Positions 7,834 to 16,895 of a stretch of DNA of 44,330 bases are shown here, piece after piece. How positions within the stretch are numbered: the stretch's first letter is position 1; every line of letters starts with the position of its first letter. The DNA is taken from assembly GCA_027491455.1 (NCBI GenBank), contig JAOZFL010000097.1, forward strand, positions 1 through 44,330, read 5' to 3'. The notes beneath the pieces are model-generated. The model was not told the origin of the DNA. It saw only the letters and a list, made by a program, of their open reading frames with translations, and did no database searches. Both the position numbers and the translations under genes were made by a program. Source of the stretch: Thermoproteota archaeon. GTDB taxonomy: Archaea; Korarchaeota; JAOZGF01; JAOZFZ01.

Positions 7834-8837
7834 ACTTTAAGGGTATACCTCCTGTCCTTTCATCTGAAAAAATCATAGACAAAGCGTTTAGTAGAGCATC
7901 AAAAGCTTCTAAATCCCTAAAGATAAAGGGAGACCCTTCCAAAAAGGCTAGAGCAAGAGAAAAGCATAGAGCAAACATTGCATATCAAATAATAGATTCT
8001 TATCTGCTTAAAATAGTTAAAAGTTTTCCAGATTTATCATCCCTGCCTCAGTTTTACGTTGAGTTAATAAACCTACTGATAGATGTGCAGAGACTGAAAA
8101 AGGCCTTAGCGAGCCTAAGCTGGGCAAAGAAAACCATTAAAAAACTGTTAAAAACAAAGGTTCGTGATATAAACAAAGCTAAAACTCCCAAAGAGGCTGC
8201 AAAGGCGAGAAGACATATTTATGGGAGGATTGCATCTATACTCCAAAGAATAAACCCCAATTTGAAGTTCCTTGAAGAAGCACGGCTTAAAATGAAGCAA
8301 ATGCCATGTATACAAGAGTCACCTACAATAGTCATTGCAGGGTACCCGAATGTAGGTAAATCAACATTTGTAAGCAATGTTTCTACGGCGAAGCCAAAAA
8401 TTGATGTTTACCCCTTCACAACGAAAGAGATACATGTAGGATACCTAAACTTTGATAACCAAAGGATTCAAATAATTGATACACCTGGTATACTAGATCG
8501 ACCAATCTCCAAGAGAAACAGGATAGAGAAACAAGCAATTTTAGCCCTAAAGTTTTTAGCAGACTTAATAATTTTTCTTTTAGATCCATCCGAAACGTGT
8601 GGTTATCCTTTAAAGGACCAATTAAACCTTTTAGATGAAGTCAAGAACATGTTTTCAAACCAGCCTTTGGTTGTAGTCCTCAATAAAGTGGATGCTGTCC
8701 CTAATAGAGACATCGTGGAAAACCTTATGAAAAGCTTAAGAGCGGATGAATTAGTGGCTACGAATGCTGAAAAAACTAGAAGTCTTCTAAAAAAATACAT
8801 TAACATGTTTAAAAAGGAACTAGGGTTAAATCGCTAA
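7812..8837 (+). CDS. nog1: NOG1-family GTP-binding protein (ribosome biogenesis GTPase, COG1084)
   Basis: G1 motif GYPNVGKST, G2 region PFTT, G3 DTPG, G4 NKVD, plus an N-terminal helical NOG1 domain. TTG start preceded by GGTG. Confidence 0.8.
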   Translation: MEEERTLNFKGIPPVLSSEKIIDKAFSRASKASKSLKIKGDPSKKARAREKHRANIAYQIIDSYLLKIVKSFPDLSSLPQFYVELINLLIDVQRLKKALASLSWAKKTIKKLLKTKVRDINKAKTPKEAAKARRHIYGRIASILQRINPNLKFLEEARLKMKQMPCIQESPTIVIAGYPNVGKSTFVSNVSTAKPKIDVYPFTTKEIHVGYLNFDNQRIQIIDTPGILDRPISKRNRIEKQAILALKFLADLIIFLLDPSETCGYPLKDQLNLLDEVKNMFSNQPLVVVLNKVDAVPNRDIVENLMKSLRADELVATNAEKTRSLLKKYINMFKKELGLNR

Positions 8838-8859
8838 AAATAAAGGTTTCAAAATAAAA

Positions 8860-10452
8860 TTGTTGCGAACCATTTTTAAATTCGCTACTGAGCAAGGAGT
8901 TAAATGTAAAGGATATAAAGAGGCTAAAGAGTTGAAAGTAGAAATCACTCATATTGGAGGAGCAAGTAAAATAGGTGGCAGTTCTCATTTAATTAAATAT
9001 AAAAGCACATCGCTTCTACTAGACTGTGGTTCTCAGTATACAGACAACAGGCCTTCATTAAGATCCTTTGAAAGATTAATCGATGAAATAGACGCTGTTG
9101 TGATCACTCACGCCCACCTAGACCACTCAGGTGCTACTCCTTTACTTGTAAAGAGTGGATATAGAGGCCCCATATATGCCACTCACCCAACCAGGGATCT
9201 CATGAGAATTCTGTTAATAGATGCCTATAAGCTAAGTTTAAGAGGCAAAAAACTTTTCGAGATCAAAGACATCGAAACAGCCGCGAAACAAATAAAACCT
9301 CTTTTTTATGGGGAAGAAGCATATATAGGTGACCTGTCATTTAAACTTTACGATGCAGGGCATATCCTAGGTAGCGCAATGATTCTCATTGATGCTGGAG
9401 GAAAAAACATACTTTATACAGGTGATGTTTCAAATGTTAAAGATAACCATTTAAATGGTGCAGATATACATCAAATTAAAGATGTAGACCTCATTATAAT
9501 CGAATCAACCTATGGCGATCAAATATTTGAAAGCAGGAGGCTAAGAGAAAGAAAAATAGTTGAATCTAGCTTAGAGACCCTTAAAAACGGAGGAAGCGTC
9601 CTTATACCAGCATTTGCGGTAGGCAGGATACAGGAACTTATGTTAATATTTGAAAGAAAGTGGAGTGGCCTTAAAGATAGTTATCCGGTTTTTTACTGTG
9701 CAGGTTTAGCTAAGAAGGCCCTTGAAATATATGGACACTATACTGCATGGATGAACAAAAAGATACAGAACTTTGTAACCACAACTAGAAGAAATCCATT
9801 TGAGTTTGAAAATATAAAGCTTATTCATGAACCTGCTCAGATAGACTTTTCAACCCCGTCGATTTTCCTAGCCGCGAGTGGAATGCTTAACGGGGGCTTT
9901 AGCTCCTACATAGCCCTTAGACTTGCTCAAGATAAAAAGAATAAAATTATTTTCCCTGGTTTTTGCGCTGAAGGCACACCAGCGAGGATGGTACTTGATG
10001 GGAAAAGGAAAGTTAAGATTTTCGATTTCATCGAAGGAGATAAGAGGGAAGTTGAAATAAGATGCAAGGTGGAGCAAATAAACCTATCAGCTCATGCAGA
10101 TCAAAAAGGGCTAATTTCTATCCTGAGAAAAATTAAACCCAAAATTACATGTCTGGTCCATGGTGAAAAAGAAGCAAAAAAGGAACTCAGAGACAAGATA
10201 AGGAAGTTCACCACCGTCAGATTGGCAGAGGACGGTGAGTTGCATGAGTATTTAGTAGATGAAATAAGGGATCAAAAAGCATTTTTAACACATCAATTAT
10301 GGAAAAAACTCAGATTTAGAGAGCTTGACGGCTTAAAATTCAGTTTAATACAGGGAGCCGTGATACAAGAGGATGAATGCCTTAGAATTCTAACCTTAGA
10401 AGAATTTGACAGGCTGCTGAATAAAAAAACAAAATCTAAAAGGACTTCTTAA
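8860..10452 (+). CDS. Metallo-beta-lactamase / beta-CASP ribonuclease (aCPSF2/RNase J-like group, no KH domains) with a ~70-aa C-terminal extension
   Basis: HxHxDH motif ITHAHLDHSG, beta-CASP segment and a late SAHAD motif. The start is ambiguous: TTG 8860, or in-frame TTG 8932, which would give the typical (M)KVEITHIGG N-terminus. Confidence 0.8.
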   Translation: MLRTIFKFATEQGVKCKGYKEAKELKVEITHIGGASKIGGSSHLIKYKSTSLLLDCGSQYTDNRPSLRSFERLIDEIDAVVITHAHLDHSGATPLLVKSGYRGPIYATHPTRDLMRILLIDAYKLSLRGKKLFEIKDIETAAKQIKPLFYGEEAYIGDLSFKLYDAGHILGSAMILIDAGGKNILYTGDVSNVKDNHLNGADIHQIKDVDLIIIESTYGDQIFESRRLRERKIVESSLETLKNGGSVLIPAFAVGRIQELMLIFERKWSGLKDSYPVFYCAGLAKKALEIYGHYTAWMNKKIQNFVTTTRRNPFEFENIKLIHEPAQIDFSTPSIFLAASGMLNGGFSSYIALRLAQDKKNKIIFPGFCAEGTPARMVLDGKRKVKIFDFIEGDKREVEIRCKVEQINLSAHADQKGLISILRKIKPKITCLVHGEKEAKKELRDKIRKFTTVRLAEDGELHEYLVDEIRDQKAFLTHQLWKKLRFRELDGLKFSLIQGAVIQEDECLRILTLEEFDRLLNKKTKSKRTS

Positions 10453-10643
10453 AAATGGTAATTTAGGTGAAAAAAATTTTCTAATAATCTCTTTAAAGTG
10501 AAAAATTTATTTTTCGTTAATCGCTGAGTATTTCAACGTTAAGAAAAACTTTAACATTTAAAAAGATTTTCATATAAAGGTTAAGATTAGATGTAGAGGT
10601 AAATGACACCTCTAAAAACAGTTTCAGCTGTGTAGGTGATTTT

Positions 10644-10991
10644 GTGGCATCTGTATTAAAGGAAAAATTTTTCCTCAGACAGAGAAGGACATTTAAGCCA
10701 AAAATTCTCAGGACAATTGACTTGTCGGTTAAAAAATCTATATACAGCGGGCTTCTTTTCGTAAGGGAGTACTACTTTAAAAAAGAAGATCTAGACAAGT
10801 ACTTTGCAAGAAAAAACGCACTAATGAAGCTTCCTAGGATTGGTCCCAAGATAAAGATCAGCAGGTCCATGTATAAAGAAGCCCTTAAAAAAGGTAAATA
10901 CTTAGATGCGAAAGGTGATTTCGAGGAAATAGAGATTAGAGAACTAAGAAGAGAAGGGGAAGACATAATTTACACGGTTATAATAAGTTAA
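10644..10991 (+). CDS. Hypothetical small basic protein
   Basis: 115-aa ORF with GTG start preceded by a strong SD (taGGTGAtttt). No recognisable family. Confidence 0.35.
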   Translation: MASVLKEKFFLRQRRTFKPKILRTIDLSVKKSIYSGLLFVREYYFKKEDLDKYFARKNALMKLPRIGPKIKISRSMYKEALKKGKYLDAKGDFEEIEIRELRREGEDIIYTVIIS

Positions 10992-11351
10992 CATTTTCCC
11001 CTCTTTTTCCTACAGATCTCTTCACAAGGTTCTTCCTTTATCATTAGACTATTTAAACCCCCCAAAACTTGCAATTCTTTTAAGTGTTTCTTTACCTAAT
11101 GCATCTGAAAACTGATTTTTCAATTTTTTTAAGGATCAGAATCAGGGGTTCTTGAATAAGACATGATAGTTATTATCAGTGAATTAATTTCCTTGAACAT
11201 TCTTTCTAATAAATAGTAGAAGACTTCATTTCTCCAAAGTTGCCACTACCATTTTTAAATCTGAACAACCTTTTCCCTTTTATAGAATATTAAATTAAAG
11301 AACCTCTACAATAACTTTGAAATAAGAGGTTAAATTAAACCAAATTCTTGG

Positions 11352-12023
11352 TTGAATGGGAGTATGATACCAGTAAAAACCATAATGAAGATTGTTGGCA
11401 AGGAGGAGCCGGGTCCTTCTCCCACCTTCAGCGTTTCACATGTCATCAGCGCGTTTCTAATAATGGGGCTGGAGGGTGCCATAGGAAGGAAAAAATTATC
11501 TCAAAAACTAAATGTCGGGGAGGGTGTTGCTAGAACGATAATTAAACGCTTGGAAAAAGCTAATTTGCTAAAAGTTACAAGGCATGGTTGCCAACTTACC
11601 AGTAAAGGTTTAAAGGTGTATAGTTTTTTAGTTAGGAGAATAGGTAAGATAGCAGAGTTAACGAAAAAAATTGAGGGGCTCACGATTGGTAGGTATCATG
11701 TCGGTATCCTAATAAGGAAAAGAGCTCACTTAATCAAGAAAGGAGTTGAACAGAGGGATGCAGCTGTAAGGGTAGGTGCAAACGGAGCCATAACTTTGGT
11801 TTATAGTGATAATTCTCTTCAGATGCCTCAACTGATAAACATTTCAGCAAGCTACCCTAGGACTGCTTTGTTAATAGAGAATATTTTTGAACCCGAAAAT
11901 GGAGACGTGGTGATAATTGCGGGGGGTGAATCTTTGAGCAAGGCTAGACAGGGAGCTATAGAGGCTGCTTGGACATTGATTAAGGAAAAAGCCTTACAGT
12001 TCTCTGAAAGGCTGGAAAGCTAA
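11352..12023 (+). CDS. Winged-helix protein with DUF4443-like C-terminal domain (putative regulator); start uncertain (ATT 11334 / TTG 11352 / ATG 11364)
   Basis: wHTH-like segment GRKKLSQKLNVGEGVARTIIKRLEKANLLKV followed by a conserved-looking ~110-aa domain. The family assignment is from memory of archaeal DUF4443 proteins. Confidence 0.45.
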   Translation: MNGSMIPVKTIMKIVGKEEPGPSPTFSVSHVISAFLIMGLEGAIGRKKLSQKLNVGEGVARTIIKRLEKANLLKVTRHGCQLTSKGLKVYSFLVRRIGKIAELTKKIEGLTIGRYHVGILIRKRAHLIKKGVEQRDAAVRVGANGAITLVYSDNSLQMPQLINISASYPRTALLIENIFEPENGDVVIIAGGESLSKARQGAIEAAWTLIKEKALQFSERLES

Positions 12024-12030
12024 TACACCT

Positions 12031-13359
12031 CTAAACTTTTATGTACCTCCCATAACCAGGTTTTACCATGATTTCTCTATCATAAATGACTTTTCCTCTG
12101 AGGATAGTCATTATTGGCCAACCTTTAAATATTATTCCCTCCCATGGAGTCCATCCAACTTTATAATGAAGGTTCTCAGCCTTGACCATGTTTTCTTTCC
12201 TCAAATCCACGATCACAAAGTCTGCGTCATAACCCTTTTCAATCTTGCCTTTCCCATTTAACCCAAAAATCTCCGCTGGTTTCTCTGAGATCAGTTTTAT
12301 TAATCTTTTAATGGATACCCGTTTCTTGTTCACTCCTTCACTCATAAGAAAGGGAAGAAGCGTTTCAACTCCTGGGACACCTCCCCAAGCATCCCATATG
12401 TTCTTCCATCCTACTTCTTTTTCCTCTTTTGTGCCAGGAGCATGGTCTGTAACCACTATGTCTATTAAACCAGTTGCCAGTGAGTTCCACAGTGCCTCTA
12501 CATCTTTTTTATCTTTTAAGGCAGGGTTTATTTTAAGATAAGGACCCAGTTTCTTCATGTCATCTCTTGTGAAATAAAGATAATGTGGACAAGTTTCAGC
12601 TGTAACCTTCAAACCAATTTTTTTAGCTTTAAATATTAAACTAGTCGCTTCCTTAGTTGTTAAATGTGCAAAATGCACGCGTGCATTTAATTCCTCGACC
12701 AATGATAAGACCCTCTCCACTGCTTTTCTCTCGGCATCAGTAGGTCTTGCATCTGCATGAGCCAATGGATCGTTTCTATTTTTCATGACCATCTCTCTTT
12801 GCCTTTTCTCCAGAATTCCCTCATCTTCGGCATGTAAGGTTACAGTTGCTCCAAGAGAATTTATTTTTTTAATTATGTATTTGAGCTCTAAGTAACTATT
12901 GTAGAAGGGAGAACATGTAAAAGCTTTAAACGTTCTTACACCTTGATTAATGGTTTCATCAGCAAGGTGTAAATTACTCGGAGTCATCACTCCACCTTGC
13001 AGAGCAACATCTATATATGAATGCTTTTCAACAGCTTTTATTTTCTTATTCAAGTGAGGAGGCAGTACCTGTTTCCTCAAAGGAAGATCAACCACTGTTG
13101 TTATTCCACCGGCGGCTGCAGCCAACGAACCGCTTTCAATGTCCTCCCTATATAGGTAATCTGGGTCATGGAAATGCACATGTGCATCTATCCCTCCAGG
13201 AAGGATATATTTATCCCTAAAACACCTTTTTTCATCGGCTTCTGGCAAGTTTTTCTCCTTTTTTAAATCAACTATTTTTCTACCCTTTACTACGATCCCC
13301 CCTGTGAAAACCCCTTTAGATGTAGCTATTTTACCTATTATTATCAAGTCTGCAGGCAT
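12031..13359 (-). CDS. pyrC: Cyclic amidohydrolase, dihydroorotase/allantoinase/hydantoinase family (most likely dihydroorotase)
   Basis: Metal-binding GGIDAHVHFHDP, AAAAGGITTVVD, a candidate carbamylated Lys in TFKAF, and a late VTDHAP motif. Confidence 0.7.
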   Translation of the reverse strand: MPADLIIIGKIATSKGVFTGGIVVKGRKIVDLKKEKNLPEADEKRCFRDKYILPGGIDAHVHFHDPDYLYREDIESGSLAAAAGGITTVVDLPLRKQVLPPHLNKKIKAVEKHSYIDVALQGGVMTPSNLHLADETINQGVRTFKAFTCSPFYNSYLELKYIIKKINSLGATVTLHAEDEGILEKRQREMVMKNRNDPLAHADARPTDAERKAVERVLSLVEELNARVHFAHLTTKEATSLIFKAKKIGLKVTAETCPHYLYFTRDDMKKLGPYLKINPALKDKKDVEALWNSLATGLIDIVVTDHAPGTKEEKEVGWKNIWDAWGGVPGVETLLPFLMSEGVNKKRVSIKRLIKLISEKPAEIFGLNGKGKIEKGYDADFVIVDLRKENMVKAENLHYKVGWTPWEGIIFKGWPIMTILRGKVIYDREIMVKPGYGRYIKV

Positions 13360-13516
13360 CGACGGTTCACCGTTGAACTTTTAATTCCAGATGAATTTAA
13401 ACGTTACGTTAAAGATACCCCTGGAAAGGAGGTCCGTATATAAGTCAGGATTAAGAGTTGAAAGGCAAAGGTATATTTTAAAACCTCTCTAAAAATGATG
13501 TTTTTATTGATACTAT

Positions 13517-14752
13517 ATGAGAAAGGAGTTTCTTCAATTTAGGACTAGATATGGAGTTATTTATCCTTACTGGTTAAACATTGATTTACATGGAGACCTA
13601 GTTAAGGTCTTCATTGAATATTTAAAGTCACAGGTGGGAAAAACCGCAGGAGAAATCAACAGGGATATACTTGGATATGTGACAAGTAACAAAAAGTTAG
13701 CTGTGTCACTCTATGAAACAATGATTAGATACTTCTTCTGTTATTCATCAGAAAAGGGCAAGTTTATGACTTATACTCCATCTGAGCTCAGGTTATTGCT
13801 TTTTAAAAAGGTATCAAGTAAGTATGGCGGTTTCACATCTTGGAATGAAAGGAGCATCGTTTTAAAGGAATTAATCAACGAGCTTGGATTAAAGATGACT
13901 GTCGAGGAGCTTGAGAGACATTTATGGTCAAACGAGAAAAGGGAAGAAGTTTTAAATTTGAAGAGGGACGTAACTGTTCAGAAAGCCATCGGCGCCTATA
14001 ACTTTGAAATGCTTAGCTGCTTCCTTAAGTACTGCTCATCGCTTCACTTAAAGATCCTTGCTAGTTTAAACTGTAGTGAAAAAACACATAAAGTTTTCAG
14101 TAGGTTTTTAGGGGAACTTAAGGCTAGAAGAATACTTTTCGAGGTTTTAAAGGAAAAATCAGCTGTCAAGATTTTGGTGTATGGACCTATAGATATATTT
14201 AATAAACCTGATAATTATGGAACAGCAATTAGCAGAGTATTCGCATCAATGCATCCCTTTCTAAGGGAAACAAGATTGTGGGCCATAGATTTTTTCCTTT
14301 TGTTAAATAATAAGAAACTAAAACTCTACATGAGGCCAAGTAATCTACCATATATCTGGGTCCCTCAGAGCGAAGTACATAAGAAGAATAAATCTGTTGA
14401 GGAGTTTAAAAGGAAAATCCGAGGTCACCTCCAGAGGTCAACAGATCTAGAGTTAAAAAATTATGTGGAACTAGAGAACATTATTTTTGTCCCTGATATC
14501 CTGATAAAGAAGGGAACCATAGATATTTGCATGGAAATTATTGATTCAGCGAAAACAGAATATTTAGGTAAGAAACTAAAACTTTTAACGAAAATTTATC
14601 AGAAAGGAATCAAACTATTGGTTTTAGTGAACAGCAAAGTGTACATGCTCTTTAAGGATGCCCCCTTTAAAGTTCTTATGTATGAAAAGAGGAAGGGTAA
14701 GTGTTTTACCTCCCTTAAGGAGATTAATAAGTACATAAAGTCTCTAAATTAA
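13517..14752 (+). CDS. bax1: DUF790 / Bax1-like endonuclease (XPB-associated nuclease family)
   Basis: N-terminal FLQFRTRYGVIYPYWL pattern and a C-terminal PD-(D/E)xK-like block FVPDILIKKGTIDICMEIIDSAKTEYLGKKLKLL. The latter resembles the PDF...vEIvGfWtpeYl.kKl block of Bax1/DUF790 proteins as I recall them. Size is ~410 aa. Confidence 0.5.
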   Translation: MRKEFLQFRTRYGVIYPYWLNIDLHGDLVKVFIEYLKSQVGKTAGEINRDILGYVTSNKKLAVSLYETMIRYFFCYSSEKGKFMTYTPSELRLLLFKKVSSKYGGFTSWNERSIVLKELINELGLKMTVEELERHLWSNEKREEVLNLKRDVTVQKAIGAYNFEMLSCFLKYCSSLHLKILASLNCSEKTHKVFSRFLGELKARRILFEVLKEKSAVKILVYGPIDIFNKPDNYGTAISRVFASMHPFLRETRLWAIDFFLLLNNKKLKLYMRPSNLPYIWVPQSEVHKKNKSVEEFKRKIRGHLQRSTDLELKNYVELENIIFVPDILIKKGTIDICMEIIDSAKTEYLGKKLKLLTKIYQKGIKLLVLVNSKVYMLFKDAPFKVLMYEKRKGKCFTSLKEINKYIKSLN

Positions 14753-14765
14753 ATTTTTCAGTTTA

Positions 14766-15884
14766 TTACTCCTCGAATTTAATTGCTCTGACGGGACATA
14801 TCGAAACACAAAGGCCGCAACCGTAACATTTCTTTTCATCAATGATAGCCTTACGTCCCATGTAAGTCTCCTTTAAACCGGGGGCCCTCCATGGACAAAC
14901 TTGTACACAAAGGAAACAGGCATTGCACTTTGTCCAATCTATCTTCGGAGGCAGGGAATATGTCCTGAGGGGCTCTGATGGAAGATTTTTTAATGCTAAA
15001 CCTCTCATTTCATCAATTGTATTATATCCATGGTTTTTCATGAAAATCTCCATTTCCGATGTTATTTTCCTGAATATTTTAGGTCCGTGTAGAATAGCTG
15101 CGGTACATACCTGGACACCCCAGGCTCCTGCCATTATATATTCAATCGCATCTCTGCCGCTTAAAATCCCCCCAACACCAATGACTGGGAGATCTGTGGT
15201 TCTTGCTACCTCCGAAACAATCCTTATTCCAAGCGGTTTTATCGCAGAACCACTTAACCATCCATAACCGCTTTTACTCCCAAGAAATGGTTTTCCAGTT
15301 TCTATGTCAATAGAAAGCACAGGACCTATCGTATTTATGGCTACAAAACCGTCAACATGTCTTTCAAGGGCTCTAACAAGAGCTGCAACATCCTGTACAT
15401 GGGGACTTATTTTAAGGAAAACCGGTATTCCCACTTTTTCCCTTAACTCTTTAAAGGCTTCAACAAGAGGCTTTATCTCAGCCCCTACATAGTGAATTGA
15501 GCACTCTATGGCATCTACACCAGCTTTCTCGACTAATGGACCTAAGAAACCAAGTTCTTCTTTTGTATAGCCTATACTGGCTATTAAGGGCAAATTAGTT
15601 GTCTTTGCCTTTTTGTATTCTTTCTCTATCCATCGAGTGTATGGAATATCACTCCAAAGTTCAACATTTATCATGGCTTTCGCATTTGCTGTTCTCTCCA
15701 TGACTGCAATAGTAGGTCTCGGTACGGCTGCAGGACTTATACTTATTGTTTTTGCCACAAGTCCCCCTGCACCACCTTTAGCCATTAGAACAAGCGTATC
15801 CCCATTCATTCCGGGAGGCCCAGCAGCGTTCATCACAGGATTTCTAAATTTTATCGATGCTATCTCGATGGATAAATCAACCAT
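14766..15884 (-). CDS. DHOD/DHPD-family TIM-barrel flavoprotein fused to a C-terminal 2x[4Fe-4S] ferredoxin domain (PreA / PyrD-like)
   Basis: N-terminal FRNPVMNAAGP and IGVGGI FMN-binding-type motifs. C-terminal CNACFLCVQVCP and CYGCGLCVSICP cluster motifs. Confidence 0.7.
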   Translation of the reverse strand: MVDLSIEIASIKFRNPVMNAAGPPGMNGDTLVLMAKGGAGGLVAKTISISPAAVPRPTIAVMERTANAKAMINVELWSDIPYTRWIEKEYKKAKTTNLPLIASIGYTKEELGFLGPLVEKAGVDAIECSIHYVGAEIKPLVEAFKELREKVGIPVFLKISPHVQDVAALVRALERHVDGFVAINTIGPVLSIDIETGKPFLGSKSGYGWLSGSAIKPLGIRIVSEVARTTDLPVIGVGGILSGRDAIEYIMAGAWGVQVCTAAILHGPKIFRKITSEMEIFMKNHGYNTIDEMRGLALKNLPSEPLRTYSLPPKIDWTKCNACFLCVQVCPWRAPGLKETYMGRKAIIDEKKCYGCGLCVSICPVRAIKFEE

Positions 15885-15918
15885 CTCAAACTACTCTCCT
15901 AAAAATTTCTCAACATCT

Positions 15919-15982
15919 AAAACTTTGATTTCAATCTTATAAAAACTTTTTCTCCAGTACTCAAGACAAAAACTTTGATTTC
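15919..15982. repeat. Two exact 14-nt direct repeats, aaaactttgatttc (15919-15932 and 15969-15982), in the upstream region of the minus-strand flavoprotein gene
   Basis: Read directly from the sequence. The copies are 50 nt apart, 35-98 nt upstream of the start codon at 15884. Confidence 0.6.
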
Positions 15983-16304
15983 TGACTGTTAAAACATGTT
16001 TTCACTTGAGGCTAAGCCGCAATTACATGTGAAACGATGTCTTAGACCCCATTGAGCTAATTTAAAGTTTACATAATAAATGTTTAAAAATTGTTTTTAC
16101 AAAAACGATTTTTCTAGAAACCATGTAAAGAGAAAGGTTCATCAAACCGAATAAGCAACGACAAATATCAGTGAATACAGAAAAAGAAAAGTTGAAGGAA
16201 ACCTAGAAGGGATGCTATACACCATATAAATAGATAACTGAGATACATTTTTAGGATAAAAATATTATACTAGCCGCAAATTGTTATATTGATGGAGTTC
16301 ATAG

Positions 16305-16895
16305 GTGAAAAAATTGGTTAGATCTTTCATATCCATAGATTTAGAGGAAAGAGAAACCGTAAAGAAAATCATAGAAGTACAGAGGAAACTGTTCAGTGTA
16401 GCTAGAGACATAAAACTTGTTGAGCCTCAAAATTTGCACTTAACCCTTGTTTTCTTAGGTGAATTAAGTGAAGAGGAAATTAGATCCATATATGACTCTA
16501 TAAGGGAAATTGAATTTTTATCCCCTTTTAGTGCTAGATTAGTTGGTTTAGGGGCGTTTCCAAGCAGTAATAGACCAAGAGTTCTATGGATAGGGGTAGG
16601 AAAGAACGAGGAAAAGATAGTCGAAATTTACAAGGAAATCATTAAAAGGATTAATCATAGGAAATTTCCAGACAAGGAGAAATTTATTGCTCATTTAACA
16701 ATTGGCAGGATCAGGAGGCCGAGAAGAAACATTGAATTATCAGAAATTTTGAATTCACTTGGAAAACTAGATATAGGGGAAATGGAGGTAAATGATGTTA
16801 AAATAAAAAAGTCCACACTAACTCCTAAGGGCCCTGTTTATACTACTCTCTTCAAAGTGTCTCTTTTAGGCAGAGAGGAGAAAAGAAACAAATGA
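16305..16895 (+). CDS. thpR: RNA 2',3'-cyclic phosphodiesterase (2H family, ThpR/LigT)
   Basis: Two HxT/S motifs (HLTLVFLGE and HLTIGR) and ~195 aa. GTG start with GGAG upstream. Confidence 0.85.
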   Translation: MKKLVRSFISIDLEERETVKKIIEVQRKLFSVARDIKLVEPQNLHLTLVFLGELSEEEIRSIYDSIREIEFLSPFSARLVGLGAFPSSNRPRVLWIGVGKNEEKIVEIYKEIIKRINHRKFPDKEKFIAHLTIGRIRRPRRNIELSEILNSLGKLDIGEMEVNDVKIKKSTLTPKGPVYTTLFKVSLLGREEKRNK

